From assembly GCF_006345805.1 (NCBI RefSeq), contig NC_043005.1:43276001-43340000 (forward strand): a stretch of 64,000 nucleotides of DNA, read 5' to 3'. This document shows positions 13,321 to 28,404 of this stretch, piece by piece. Every line of letters starts with the position of its first letter. Position 1 is the first letter of the stretch. The notes beneath the pieces were generated by a model. It saw only the letters and a program-made list of their open reading frames with translations, was not told the DNA's origin and ran no database searches. Position numbers and translations under genes: made by a program. Origin of the DNA: Octopus sinensis (lineage: Eukaryota).

Positions 13321-13914
13321 CTTTTAAAGGCACTCTCTCTCTCTCACACACACACACACACATACACATGTCAGCTTTTGTAATTAATTTTATGTCTTTT
13401 TCTTTATTATACAGGTTCTAAAACTATTGTGAAAAGCGTACAACGTTGGCTAATGTACTATGCTGGCTGAGGGGCAGGTTACCAATGAAACAAATGCTCA
13501 ACTTAACCTGGTCAAGCTGACAGACAACTTCATGGTATTGGCAAACACCAAACTGAACTATAATATCTGGGGCAATTGACAGAGGTATTTATCACTAGTC
13601 ATTCAATTTCTTACCATCTAAAATGCTGCTCTTTAAGTAAAAGAATGTATATTTGTAATTTTTGTTTTTTGTTCTGAGATTTTAGCTGCTAAATCCTGTT
13701 ACACTATTCAAAAATATGTCACCAGTATTATTATAAAATATTGTTTTTAAAAGCTTGTTCCAACTATAGAAATTGTTCATTTCATCTGATATTATGAAGT
13801 CCTCTGGATAGCCAAGAACTAATTAAAAAGAAAGGTGACCAGCTTGTAAACTTTCTGTATTATTATTGTTATTATTATCATCATCATCATCATAATAATA
13901 ATAATAAAAGAAGA

Positions 13915-14360
13915 CAGTGAGCTGACAGAATCATTAGCAAGCCAGGCAAAATGCTTAGCAGCATTTCGTCCGTCTCCACATTCTGAGTTCAAATTCCGCC
14001 AAGGTTGACTTTGCCTTTGATCCTTTCAAGATTGATAACATATGTACCAGTTGAGCATTAGGGTTGATGTAATTGACTTTCCCCTCTCCCAAAATTGCTG
14101 GTCTTGTGCCAAAATTTGAAATCATTACTATTGTTATTATTCTAAAATAAGTCAGGAAGCTGGTAGAATCGTAACTGTGCTGGAAAACGTGTTTAGTGGC
14201 TTTTCTTCTGACTTTACATTCTGAGTTCAAATTCCGCCGAGGTTGACTTTGCCTTTCATCCTTTCAGGGCCGATAAAATAAGTACCGGTTGAGCATTGAG
14301 GTCAGACTTGCACTTTCCCACACAATTGCTGGCCTTGGGCCAAAATTTGAAGCCATTACT
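13915..14360 (+). mobile_element. Tandem SINE B pair
   Basis: Heads at ~13917 and ~14155. Confidence 0.85.
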
Positions 14361-16007
14361 ATAATTATTATTATTATAATTATTATTATTATTATTAAAT
14401 GGGAAAAAGTTTTGGTTGATAAAAGTTTATAATGATAGTATTTAAGTCTTTAAAGAAAATAATGTGTTCAAAAACATATGTTGGGTGATATGTTTGAGTT
14501 CTTCACGTCAGTCTTTCACAGACATTGCAACAAATTTCCATATTCTTCTAGCCTTTCTGTTAAGATCTGAATGGATCAACCTCAAGCTAAACTTCACATA
14601 GCATTGTTTATGGAGCCTCTGGACTAGACACTTTCTCATCAAAACAGAATCACTTCTCTGTGTTTATATTTACAAATTGATTTTTTTTTCCCCCTTTATC
14701 ATTTCAAGATTTGAATAGAATATCTCTTGGGTGTTTATAAATTGGCAGAATCTATCCATTTTCAGATTGTTTTGTACATAATTTCCTGCTTCATGGATTG
14801 AGATAGCAAGTACTAGAGTTAAGTATCTTGCTCAAAGATAAAGTGCAGCATCTGTGATTAGATACCAACTTCCTGAGCCTAAATGCCAAAAACTTCATCT
14901 TTTCAGATATTTATCATAATGTAAATCTGGATAACATTTATCTAAGTGAAAAATCTTTATAACTACATTTGCCAAAACTTTTTGATTCATTTTCAGTGTA
15001 TTCTTCTATATCTTATCTCAGATAAAACAATTGGCACTGAGGTGGGAAGATTTTTTTTTCCTTTAAATATTCCTGCTGCCAGCATTGGTTTAGAGATCCC
15101 AAATTTGTATTGTTCACTCAGGAATATAGATGATTTTTTTTTTATGTACATATCCAGCATTTCATTGTTGTATTAATAAAATTAAAACTTTAGCTACATT
15201 CTTTAAAAGTGCTTACCATGATCTAAGATACTGCTCTTTAAAGTAAAAGAATGTATATTTGTAATTTCGTTTCCTGTTCCAAGATTTTAGCAGCTAAATC
15301 TTGTTGCACCTTCAGAAGCTAGTTCTCATTCATCAAAAATATGTGAGCCATGTTACTCTGAAGTATTTGAAATGTTTATCTTCTATGACATGTCAACTAA
15401 TGAGTAATATGAGTGTGAGTATGTGGGTATACGCATACATACATATGTACCTATGTATGGTATGTGCTCAGTCTATCTACATGGCATCTTGGTCAAGTGT
15501 CTTCTACTGAAGACTTGGGCCAACCAAGTGGCTTTGGTAGACAGAAACTTAAAGAAGTTCATCATTTGTGTGTGTATATACACATATATGTGTGTGTGTG
15601 TGTCTCCTTGTCTAGTCGTAAAATAATTGTCACTGCCATGCCAGTAGCATCATTCATTTCCAATATTCATCAAGAGAACATGTCTGGTCATTGGGAAATG
15701 TTACCTTCCTTGGAAACAAGTTAGGGCTGGCAACCTGAAGGGCTGGTCCTCACCTGTTGTAGAAAATTTGCCTCAGTAAACTCTATCCAACCCATGCAAG
15801 CATAGAAAAGTGAATGTTAAAGTGATAATAACAATACATGCGTGTATGTATAAATGATACAATGCCTCTACTAGGTCTGAAACCAAAACAACCATTTTAG
15901 ATTTCAGTTTCCATTGTGTCAAAGAGAATTCTATCAAATACTTTTCACAGTATTGATATGAGAGAAAATACTTGCAAAAACAGTGTATCTAGTCTACACT
16001 ATGTTCT

Positions 16008-16265
16008 CTGAGGTTCTCAACCAGGGTTCATATGACCCTTGGGGATTCATGTAAGATTTTGTTAAAATTTATGTGGAATAAAATTGGTTATAGTTCTACA
16101 ATACACAAAATATTTTGACAATTTTTTGTTTTACACAATTCCTAATAACATTCAGTTATAAAAATATAATGGGATTTTATTTAAACATCAAACAGCTATG
16201 GGGGTCCAGTAGAGTGAAATAGGAATGAAAGAAGTTCTTGGGCAAAAGTTGGTTGAGTGCCACTG
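16008..16265. mobile_element. hAT (Charlie-type) MITE
   Basis: Termini CTGAGGTTCTCAACC and GGTTGAGTGCCACTG resemble CAGTGGTTCTCAACC TIRs. Confidence 0.55.
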
Positions 16266-18934
16266 ATCTACATCAAGGAAGCAGACACATAAATACTTCT
16301 ATAATAAAAATACTTTTCAGAAGAAATCAGTGAAATGTCTGATGCAAGAAAACCACCCAGTTACTGTGTAGGGTTCCACACAGACCTACCACACACTAGA
16401 CAGGGAGCAGACTGAAAGTTGAAACTTTTTAATCTGACAAAGACCCAGACCAGTTATGACTATCAGGCTCTTTGGTCAGCTAGAGTAAATGAGAGTCTGT
16501 AGAAAACTGAGCTACTAAAACTAATGTGTGTGTGTATGCACATACATATGTGTGTATGTTGATATAAATACAAGCATACCCACACAGTCATATTCATACA
16601 TATATCTCCTCTCAGCTATGAAATCCTTGTCTTGCAAGCTACTTGGTGACACCCCCATGAATGCTGGTACCATATAAGAAACACCCAGTATACTCTGTAA
16701 AGTGGTTGGTATCAGGAATATCATCCAGCCATAGAAATCATGCTAAATCAGTTTAGTGGAGCCTGGTGTCGCCCTTCGGCTTACCAGCTCCTGCCAAACC
16801 GCTCAACCCATGTCAGTACGGAAAATGGATGTTTTGATGTTGATGATAATAATAACGGTGGTGGTGGTGGTGAGGATGATGACAACCACCACCATCATCA
16901 TCATCATCATCATCTGATGCTGTATATATATATATATATATAAAATGCAATTAGTTCATTCTGTAAGCAGGTAGTGATAAGAAGGGCACCACTATAGAGA
17001 CCATGCCGGAAATAAAATAATACAAATGGGACCTGGGCCCCAAACAATGTAGGAGTAAAGTAACTCTGGATGAGAGCTGGTTTAGACTGTGATAACCTGC
17101 CCAACCCATGATGGCAGCTAAATAGCTCAAATCCTATAAGAAGGACAATTACCCTATACCATTTGATATAGCGGAAATAAATGTGAAGTTTGGCCTTGAA
17201 ATTAACGCAACATCAGTGCCTTTCAATAGAAATTTTTCTGCTAATTTATGGAGAACTTAATCCACTTTAGGTAATAATCATTATATATTTTTGTAATATA
17301 ATACTAGACTAAGTTTGTGATCCTTATGGTTAATATAGGATTGACACTAAGCCAGTTAATCCAGAATTTCAACAGTTGAAGTTCAGAGAAGTTAGCTGGC
17401 GAAAAATGTTAGGTGCTTGAACAGCAAAGTAAGATGTTTCATCTTTGTTTTTTTTTTTTTTTATGTACTAAACTTATTTCATTACACAAGCACAACATTA
17501 GATAGAGTAGGGTTTTGTTTATTTCAGCCTAAATATATATTCTAAGTTGCTTCGGTTCTGTTGTAAATATTTCTGTTAACTAACAAAACTCATACAGCAC
17601 TGTGGTACACTTAAGGAAATTGCTTCAGTTTTCAGAGAATGCTGCTTTAGTTTACCTCAGTAGTTCTGCATGATGGTAAATATAACAGAAATATGCTTAT
17701 AAGTTTTCAAACTATCGAAACTGCTGACAAAAAAAAAAAAAAAAAAAAAAATTAAAAACATTGAAGCCATAGAAAGTTTAAGGTCACCATGACTATACAA
17801 ACAAACTTGTAGAGTGTTATTAATCAGAATATTTTATTTCTATATTTTATGTAAAAATTCAAGGTTGCCATCAATGGCTGTTAATTTTCTTATCGGTGTG
17901 TTCATGTGACTTCTTACCTTTTCTTATTTTATTTTGTGTTAGATAATTCTTAATTCAAGTGACTATATAAGATAGCTTCATGTAAGGTTCTTTATAAAAA
18001 TTCCTCCTTATCTGCTTGCAGTCTTTTTCCCCCCACTAACATTTGTTGGGAGTAGATATTCATGTATCTTTTTACATTTGTTGTATTTTATATAATTTTT
18101 TGTTTGCTTCTTTTATTTTAAAATTCTTTCTTGTCAAGCTGGGTGTGAGTTCTATGATAGCTCATTGTGTGAAATAAAGTCAGGTATACTTTATATCATC
18201 AGTAATCAGATTATTAGATAATTAGCAGAGCTCTTGGAAGCACTGCTCTACATATTGGACGCTAAGTTAAACTTATTGGATGTGTGTTTGCATACAGGTG
18301 CGCATGAGAGAGAGAGAGAAAGAAATAGATAGGAACGTGCAAACTATAGTGATTGCTTTATCCTATTTATGCCTAATCACATGTATCTGTATGTTCAATA
18401 ATCTGTATACTAAGAAGTATCCCAAGGTTACTTATCTAGTTCATAGCTAACTGAACTTTAATTGATTATATACACACCTTAATGATATATCTGTGCAGTG
18501 CTGTTGAATGCTTGTCATTACAATGCTGTGTTTATGCATAGCCAGCTTATACCTATCTCTGCTCATATGTGAAGATAAAAGTTTTAACATTGAAACAGGG
18601 CTAGCTTGATAAAAATGTGCATTATCACTTGCTTTTCAGCCTATCGTTGCTTTTCATTACTGCTTGACCCCCTTGCAGTTGTTTTTATTTATTTTTCAGA
18701 AGGCTTATTGACTTTTGGGTTTTAAATCTAGTTTATCATTTTAGCTTGAAGAGACTGTAAATATTGGATCTTGATAAAAAATAAACTGAAAAATTAAGAA
18801 TATTGTTTTTTCGTTAAACTTCAAACTAACATATTTTATCTATTTGGGACAACTCCCATATTTTATTACAGGACTACCTTTCCCTCTATAAACTTTGCAG
18901 GCTAGCAATGTTAATTTTTTTTTTCTTTTGCCAT

Positions 18935-19305
18935 ACTTGTTTCAGTCATTAGACTGTGGCCAAGCTGGGGCATCACCTGGAGGAATTTTTAGTCAAATGG
19001 ATCAACCTCAGTTGTTGTATTTTTCTTCGTTCTTTTTTTTAGGCATGGTACTTATTCTAGTGATCTCTTTTGCTGAACCACTAAGTTATGAGGATGGAGG
19101 ACAAACAAACAGAAAGATACACACATGCATATATATATATATATATATGATGGTGTTAGTTCTCATCCATCAAATCTACTCACAAGGCTTTTTGTGGGCT
19201 TGAGGCTATAGTGAAAGACACTTGCCCAAGGTGCCACCTAGTGGGACTGAACCTGGACCCATGTGGTTGGGAAGCAAACTTCTTACCACACAGCCACACA
19301 AGCAC
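18935..19305 (-). mobile_element. SINE A
   Basis: Reverse-complement match to head and tail. Confidence 0.8.
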
Positions 19306-19607
19306 TGACATGTAACCTGTATTTAATGTTAAGTAATGGAAAAGTCAAAGAAGTTTTGCTTTCAGCTTCTTCATGCCATCTGCTTTGAAAACCAGATACG
19401 AATTCATGCCGTAAATATAAATTCAAAGAGGCGCCATTTTCAAATAGTTTGTTCTTTCCATTAGCATAAGATATAAATTTAATTGCTATTCAAGATGAAG
19501 GAATAAAATACAACTGATAAACTATATGGATGCTCAAGAAATACAGACCGATCCCAAGGGATATAAGAGAAGACATAAGCAGTCGTCATCATCATCATCA
19601 TCATCAT

Positions 19608-19832
19608 TTATCCAATTAGCATTCAGATTATTCTGTCAAATATAATGCTTATTTATTCACATTGTTTTGAATTATTCATGGATTATCTTGTAGCTTTGAG
19701 ATTTTCATGGTGTGATTGCTTGTTTTTAGAAGGGCATTGTCGGGTAGGTGTGAGAGGTTGTATCAGCTAGCTTGAATATAAAGCATAGAATATTTTGGCT
19801 GGATATGGTCGGTTTGAATGCTAAAGGTTTAA
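19608..19832. mobile_element. piggyBac-type MITE family F
   Basis: TAGCATTCAGATT...GAATGCTAAAGGTTTAA, homologous to the copies at 52.5 kb and 57.3-58.0 kb. Confidence 0.7.
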
Positions 19833-20699
19833 TGTCCATTGCTGGCATGAGTTGGATGTTTTGACTGGACCCAACTAATTTGAAGACTATGTAGCTCTAC
19901 AGTGTCTGCTTTGGCAAGGTTTCTACAGCTGGATGCCCTTCCTAATGCTAACTACTTTACTGAGTGTACTGGGTGCTTTTTATGTGGCACCAGCATTAGT
20001 GAGGTCCCCAAGTAACTCAAAAGGCAAGACCCTTTGACTGAGTGGGGAGGGGATGCAGTCAAAGTGAATAAAGACTTTGTGCAACATATACAAAAGTAAC
20101 TCACAATCAGACCACCTGTAAAAGAAATTCTGTTTCCATGTGTGAGAAAGTTCCATAGAAGTAATTGTTAAACTTATGCTAAATATCATGCATATATTTG
20201 TCAGAGCCAATTGTATACCAATGTAGTTGATATTTATGTTCTTATATGGACTTTTTTTTTGTTAGCAAGAGGGAAGGCTGTATTCATGACCATTCACCAA
20301 GGCCTCTGAAATTGGTGAAAGGGAGAGAGATAAGTATTCTCAAAGCATACCCTGGTTAAATCAAAGTGGACTCTACTAAAGACATCTGAGGTGTCAGCTG
20401 CTTGTTAAACTGGGTGACAAATATATCTCCCATCCAAGTGAACCAAATCCTAGACAATTCGATATCTGTGGTTACTGAATCAATATTTGAAACTGATGCT
20501 AACACTGTATAAAAAAATTAGCAATCTGACAAAATTATATAAAATGGTTATGCTCTTATATTAAGGAACACTGCAAATATATGGAAGCCAGGCTTATGTT
20601 TGAGTCTAAAAGTACTGTTTTTAGACTCAAATATATTTGCCTGCTCACATATAAAAATACATAAGCTTTTATGATTCGATGAAAAAACATTTCAGTATA

Positions 20700-20875
20700 G
20701 ATGCAGGAGAGGCTGTGTGATAAGAAGTTTGCTACCTAACCACATGGTTCTGGGTTAAATCCCTCTGCTTGACACCTTGAGCAAGTGTCTTCTACAATAA
20801 CCTCAGGCTAACAGTAGCCTTGTGAGTGGATCTGTTAGATGGGTACTGAAAGAAGCCCATCATGTATGCATATAT

Positions 20876-20942
<67 letters not shown>

Positions 20943-21327
20943 GCAATTACATAGATAAACAAATAAGATACATTGAATATATTAAATATATTATGTTGGG
21001 TATGAAATACAAAATATGTATATATGTATACATGCAAGTTGAGAGAATGCAAAAGTCGAGACTTTCAGATGATGAAGTTTTATGTCTAAATATATAAATA
21101 TTTATATTAATATGTCCAACTTATACAGAGTACAAATGACAGATGTATCTAATTTGTTTATCTACATAATTGCCTCTGTATCTACCCAACTTGTTCCCTC
21201 TTACAGTCATTCTTTACTTTGCGTAATCCATCCCCTGTAAAGACATCAGAGTCTAAGACTGAATCTTCTGAGCACTACTTAGTAGTGTCTTCAATACTGA
21301 GAATCTCTGAATCTTATCTGTGGATTT

Positions 21328-21360
<33 letters not shown>

Positions 21361-21545
21361 ATGTTTGTCCCCACACTGGTCGAAAACCAGTGTTGGTGTG
21401 TTTATCTTTCCATTGACTTAGTGGTTTGGCAAAAGAGACCAATGGAATAAATATTAGGGTCTGTTCATTGACTAAAATTATTTAAGGCAGTTTCCCACAG
21501 CACAGCCACAGTCTAACAAATGAAACAAGTAAAAGACAAAAGAAT
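20700..21545 (+). mobile_element. SINE A split by a ~440-bp insertion in the central tract
   Basis: Head 20700-20875 and tail 21320-21545. Confidence 0.7.
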
Positions 21546-22047
21546 AAAATATAACAATTATAACCATTTCGAAATGAAATTATTAAAATTTTTTTAAAAA
21601 TTTGATTAATTGCTGTTTTTAGCATCTGTTAACGAGTACTTCAGTCAGTCATAATTCAACTGTTTTGAATCATAATTCTAGCTTAATAAATATATTCAAT
21701 CTAACTTGAGCATATTGTAACATATTTATTTGATGATAATTTAAATATGATTTACCACTATGAATGACATGAAATTAGCATATCATTACAATACAAGGGG
21801 CTGCTGAAAAGTACCTGACTTAAGTGTTATTCATGAAAGGCCTAGTTGAAAACCCAACCCAGTTTCTCTTTTTTCTGTTTTTCTTTTCTTTTTTTTTCTT
21901 TTTTTCGAAGGGCTTATAAAAACTGAATGACTATTGCAATATGTGTGAATCTGAGAGGGGAATATGTTAAATAAAATCACAATTAACTTATCCTCCTGTA
22001 TTTTCTTTTACCCAAACCCAGGAACTTTTCAGCACCCCTCATATATT

Positions 22048-22084
<37 letters not shown>

Positions 22085-22180
22085 TGAAAGACCAAATTAT
22101 CACGTTTCTAACAATATGTTACATTTTCACTTTATCAAATTGTAATTACTTCATACCATTTGTTCACAGTTTCATATAAC

Positions 22181-22414
22181 TTAACCCCTTTGATACCAAC
22201 CTGCCTGAGACCGCCTCAGGTCTCATGACATAAACTTACCATTTTAAAGTGATCTACATTATAATTTTCCATCCAAATTTTATGCTAATTTGTTCTAGAC
22301 TACAGCTTAATAATGAGAAAGTTATTTTACTGAATTCTTAATTTAATTATTTAAAAAATCAATTGAAACAAAGGCTGCATATGTTGATAGAAATATGGTA
22401 ACAAAAGGTTTTAA
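22181..22414. mobile_element. piggyBac-type MITE family G
   Basis: TTAACCCCTTTGATACCAAC...GGTAACAAAAGGTTTTAA. Confidence 0.7.
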
Positions 22415-23084
22415 CCCAGTAAGGAATCTTCTATGTTGTCACTTGACCAAACTAATTCAATCCTGTGTGTGTGTTTTAGCCGTTTTTGTTTATGTCTCAA
22501 ATCTCAAGGCTTATAAACTCTATTACCCACACTCTGCTCTATTTTATTGCTTCGGTAATTTTCTAAGCCTCTTCAGTGACAATGTTTTTAGTCCTTAATC
22601 AAATCTACTCACTGTTTAAAGTTTGAATAATTTTTTTTTTCTTCCCTCTTTTTGTTTTATTGTAGTTTAATTACACTGTTATTCATACAAGTAATGACTA
22701 CTACATACAATTTGAACCATGAGGGAGCATCTACATTGTCACTTGACCTAGCTAGCTCAATATAACTGCCAAATCATCATGAAGTGACACCCATTTTATC
22801 GGTAAAATGGAGAGCAAAAGTTATAAGCACCACAATAAAAATAACATAAGTTAAACCAACACCTGACATGGATAGATTTAACATTGGAATATCCATGTGT
22901 TAGACTTGTGTATTACTCCCAACTATTTAATTGGTCTCTTTCATAGCAGACATTGGCTCTTAACTGCTACTATTACTACATATAGCTTATCTAAATCACA
23001 GTCCCTTTACTTTAAGTATAAACTGAAGTGATGATCATAAAATGCGGTGGGGAAGTTCTGTCATTTTTGTTAAACATATATTTG

Positions 23085-23495
23085 TAGGCACAAGAGTGGC
23101 TGTATGGCAAGAAGCTTACTTCCTAACTACATTGTTCCAGGTTCAGTCCCACTGAGCAGGACCTTGGGCAAGTGTCTTCTTCTATAGCCTCAGACTGACC
23201 AAAGCCTTGTGAGTGGATTTGGTAGACGGAATCAGAAAGAAACCCATCACGTGTGTGTGTGTGTGTGTGTTTGTTTTTGTATCTATGTTTGTCTCCTCGC
23301 CATCACTTAACAATTGATGGTATATTTACGTCTCCATAACTTAGCAGTTCACCAAAAGATACCAATAGAATAAGTACTCGGTTTTGAAAGAAGAAAAATG
23401 TCCTGGGGTTGATTTGTTCAGCTAAAAAGCACCCTCAAGATGATACACCAGCAGAGTCACTGTGAAATGACTGAAACAAATAAAAGAGAAAAGAG
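23085..23495 (+). mobile_element. SINE A
   Basis: Colinear with other copies. Confidence 0.8.
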
Positions 23496-23839
23496 ATTTT
23501 TATATATATATATATATATATAAATGGGTGGTGCCCCAGCATGAATGCTGCTCTTGAGCTGAAACTAGTAAAAGAAAACAAAAAATAACGAAACTTTTTC
23601 TATTGCCTGGGAAAATGCTCAGCCTGAATTTGAGAGGTACAGAGTCTGATTCTTTGTAGTAGCTTGTTGGCCACTTCTTTCTTATAGCGATGCCCCAGCA
23701 TAGCCGTGCTTTTGTGCTAAAACTTCTAAAAGTAAATACAGAACTCGGAACCATGTGGTTGGGAAGCAAACTTCTTACCACTCAGTTAGCCAAACACTCA
23801 CACATTCTTACACTAATGTTAGTCTAATCTTTCCTGGTT

Positions 23840-24155
23840 TCCATCAGTTACAACCACATACATTCCAGTTGATTTGATCAGTGGAACAGCCTGCTGGTGA
23901 AATTTTTGTGCAAGTGATTGACCACTCAACAGACACATACCCTTAACATAGTTCTCTGGGAAATTCAGCATGATACCAGGTGTGATAAGGCTGGCCTTTT
24001 GAAATACAGGTACTATTCACTTTTGCTAGTTGAGTGGACTCTAGCAATGTTAAATAAAGTTTCTTGGTTAAGGATACAATGCGCTACCAGGAATTGAACT
24101 CATGACCTTACAATTGTTAAATATGCACTAGCTGCTAAGCCATGTACCTCCACCG
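23840..24155 (-). mobile_element. SINE with a C-like tRNA head and a different tail (fragments also at ~55230-55295 and ~63175-63240)
   Basis: Minus-strand head GGCTTAG...GAGTTCAATTCC. The tail shares TTCCAGTTGAT.TG.TCA with 63200. Confidence 0.6.
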
Positions 24156-24874
24156 TCTGAACTTTAGTGTTGCTATGTCAAGTGTATACATGTTTCTTCC
24201 ACATTCATGTATACGTGAAAACACTTGCACTTGTGTTTGTAGTGCTTTCATTAACCAAATTTGATAAAATTTAAAAGATTATTTCCTGGAAAGGATGAAA
24301 TAATTAAATAATGTCAAAACGAACATTGTAAATTTTATTTTCCAGTTGTAACCATTTATTTCTCTGCCTCATTAACTAATTTCATAAATAATTATTATTT
24401 GTAATTTTATATATCTCAATCGAATACTTGATTGACAATTTAGAAATTATTAACTGCTATTGTAGAAACATTAAATAATTCAGTCTTATTTATCTATATA
24501 TGTCTGAATAGGGAAAGAATTGAAAGCAAAAACACTTGTGGTTACATATAATAAAATATGCACAAAATAGCCTGATTAGAATCTGTTTCTGAAAGTAATT
24601 ATATGTGACAGAAATAATTTGATGGCGTCAGCATACAAAATTATAAAAGGGTTAAATGGAATTTCTATGACATGTTGAAAATATGCTTGGAATCATTTGA
24701 TCTTTTGTTTCTCTTTTACTTGCTTATGAAATATTCCTTCATTAAAAGAGCTTTGGCTCCCTAATGACCATTTCTTTCATGCTGGCATTGCTTTAATGCT
24801 ATGTCTCTGCTATGTACTCACATTTCTCTTAAGATCAGGTGTAGTACCATTCTTTCTAAGTCATCTTTTATTTT

Positions 24875-25445
24875 ATAATATTTTACTTGTTTCAGTCATT
24901 AGAGTGCAGCCATGCTGGAGCAATGCCTTGAAGAGTTTTAGTCGAACAAATTGACCCCAGTATCTATTTTCATTTTTCAGCCAGGTACTTATTTTGTAGG
25001 TCATTTTTGCCTAACTGCTATGTTTCAGTGACATAAACACAGCAACCCCAGTCATTAAGTGGTGGTAGGAGACAAACACTCACACACACACACACTCTCT
25101 CTTTCTCTCCCTCCCTATCCCTCTCTCACACAAACACACGTATATATATATATGCTGGTGGCACGTAAAAAGCACCATCCGATCGTGGCCGTTGCCAGCC
25201 TCGCCTGGCCCCCGTGCCGGTGGCACGTAAAATAGCACCATCTGACTGTGGCCGTTTGCCAGCCTCGCCTGGCACATAAAAAGCACCCACTACACTCAGG
25301 GAGTGGTTGGCGTTAGGAAGGGCATTCAGCCGTAGAATCATTGCCAGATCAGACTGGGCCTGGTGCAGCCTTCTGGCTTCCCAGACCCCAGTTGAACCAG
25401 CCAACCCATGCTAGCATGGAAAGCGGACGCTAAAAGATGATGATG

Positions 25446-25484
<39 letters not shown>

Positions 25485-25640
25485 ATGGGCTTCTTTCAAT
25501 TTCCCTCTACCGAATCCACTTCTAAGGGTTTGGTCAACCCTAGACTATAGTAGAAGACACTTTCCCAAGGTACCATGCAGTGGGACTGAAACCAGATCCA
25601 TGTGGTTGGGAAGCAAACATCTTACCACACAGTCACACCT
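24875..25640 (-). mobile_element. SINE A interrupted by an RTE-tail element (25155-25447)
   Basis: Tail 24875-25090, RTE 3' end in opposite orientation, head 25480-25640. Confidence 0.8.
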
Positions 25641-26374
25641 TTACTGTTTTTCTCCTTTTATTTCAATGACCAGTCATGGCTAGCCTTTATAGAAGTGCAC
25701 AGGACACTTTACTGTATAATATTTTATACTTTACTAGTTTTGGTACTAAGTTCTGCTGTAGGTGAGTTACTGTGTCTTAGCTGCAACATTGGTGAATGAA
25801 CTGAACACTAATGTACAGTTAGATTTGATTAGAGACAGTCTGAGATACAAAATTACTTCTGGGTGGAAGGACAGTCTTAGAGATGTCTTCATATCACTAG
25901 AGATATCTAGAGAGCTTTTCTTTTATAGGAAAGAAATCTTCACTTATCACATTAGCTCAATTAATATTTAACTGAAAGACATTTGAAATATTTATCAGAA
26001 GTATATTTAAGCGAAAAATTTTTCAACAGTTAATATCTACAAAGAAGCGGCATTTGTGATATACAAATTTCTATCCAATTTTAAAAGCATTTTTATGTAA
26101 TATATGAAAATAAATTTATTTCTTATATAACTTAGAATATTCATTAAATTAACAGAGACACTTATTTGATGTTCATTTGGTTCTGAAGGTAAACTTATAA
26201 GGAAAGTCAAAGCAAAATTTGTTGAATAAAATTTCTTTTTTTATAAATCTGTTTCACAGGCTGAATATAAATTGTGTTTTGATATTTTTTATTGGGATCT
26301 GGAGAAAATTTCATGTTTTATTCTAACACTATTTTTTTCATACTCTTTTGCATTGTTCTTTTATTTTTTAATGT

Positions 26375-26715
26375 GTTTCAGTGATTCTATTCTGCCATGC
26401 TGGAGCACTGATTTGAAGGGTTTATAGTCAAAATAAATCAATTGCAGTACTTATTAAGCCTAATTCTATCTTTCGCCAAGCCACAAAGTTATGAGGATGT
26501 AAATAAACCCATATTAGTTGTCAATCGCTGGGCTGAGGTTGGCGGGGTCAAACAAACACAGACAGACACACACACATACACACAACAGATTCCTACTTAC
26601 AAGGTATTGGTCAGCCCAGGACTTAAGCAGCAAATATTTTGCCTAAGGTGCCATGCAGTGTGACTGAACCCATAACCACAAAGTTACAAAGTAAGCAACT
26701 TAACCACACAGCCCC
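26375..26715 (-). mobile_element. SINE A, degenerate
   Basis: Reverse-complement match. Confidence 0.7.
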
Positions 26716-28404
26716 ATACAGCCCTTCCTGTTTACAATCAGCTTTGAAACATTTTGCTATATTTTCCATTGAAGTTTTTTTCTTTTTTTTTTTTTTTATG
26801 AAATTTGTTTCCCTATCAAACTTCCTTTGTACATTCAGTCAGGTGTTTTGTTTTCAGCGCAAACAAATTATACTCTTTTGTCTTCAGTAATTGAAAACAT
26901 TCTGGCGGAGTTTATTTATTGTCATTTTGCAAGTTTTACACTATCTCTTTTTTATTTTTTTTTTTATTTTTTTTTTAGTGAGAATTACAGCACTAAGTTC
27001 ATTATACAATGAATTTTATATCCTCAGCGCCAGTTTGTTTTATCATTTTATGAACTCGTTATGGTATAAAGAAATTAATTCGTTTTAAGAATATTTTTAG
27101 TTTTCAACAAAGTACAATACTTGTACATTATTTGCTAATTGTCTTGCTTTTCTAAAACATTTCCTTCAATTCCTCCTTGTTTCATGAGGAATGCATTTTA
27201 GTTAAAATTTGCTGAAATGATTTTAAAACCTAATTTATGATGAATTTTGTGTTATTTCAATAGCAGCCAGATATAATTTTTTTTTTTGGACCTTTTGAAT
27301 GTACATTATTTTGTAAAAATAATAGTTTTTTTTTAAATTTTGTGTCATCATCGTCATCATTATCATTTAACATCCATTTTCCATACTGGCATGGATTGGA
27401 TGGTTTGCCAGGAGCTGGCATGCTAGAGAGCCACACTAGGATCCAATCATCTGTTTTGGCATGTTTTCTACTGCCAGATGCCCTTCTTAACATAACCACT
27501 CCACAGAGTGTACTGGTGCTTTTTACATGGCAACTAGCATGGGTACATTATTATGTGACACCAGCACGGTAAATGTATACATGGCATCAGCACAGGTGTT
27601 ATATATGTGGCACCAATATGGGTCCTTTTTATGTCATATCAGCACATGTGGGGTCACCAAGAAGCTTCAAGACAAGAGCATCTCAACTCAGAGAGGGAGA
27701 GGAACAGAGAGAAGTGTCTGTGTGCCAGGTGAGAGGTTGGATTAATGGCAGAGGGACAAGGATAGCTGTCTTACTACAGAAGGGGTACTTGGCTATTCCA
27801 GTAGTTTAAGAAGGTAGAGAGAGTTAGAGGAAATGATAGAGACAGAGTGAGAGAGAGAGAGGGCTCACTCACAAAGAACAGTGGTGGGGGGAGTATAAGT
27901 AGTACAGAGGGAATAAAGATGTTGTATAAGAGGCAAAGGGGTGGGGAAAATTTAAAGATAGCAAGTAATGATCATCACAACAATTTGTTTTTTTGTTTTT
28001 TTAGCCCTAGGACTCATAAGGCCAATTACTTGATTTCAATAGCATAAAAGCACTTAACACAGCAACATTGCTCCTGGACAGGATGCCAGTTCACTGTTGG
28101 CTTCAAAGCCAGCAGATTTGAAGAATGGAGGGGGAAAATCAATTACATTGACCCTAAAAGGGATGAAAGGCAATGTTGACCCAGAGAATAAAGAGCCAGA
28201 AAAAATGCTGCTAAATATTACACCTGGTGTGTTAATGATTCTACCAGCTCACCATATTTCATTATAATTATACCATGATGAGACACCATCTGTTGGCCCA
28301 AAGTTGAAAATTTTGCTTTTCTTTATTTAACCTGTCATACCTGATGAGTTAATAAAGTGTTTTATGCCAGGTTAAATATAAGAATTAATAGAAGTGGTCA
28401 TTAT

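Noticed and set aside
13415-13584. Plus-strand exon-like segment with AG/GT ends
   Set aside because: All three frames contain stop codons; at most a non-coding exon, and unsupported.
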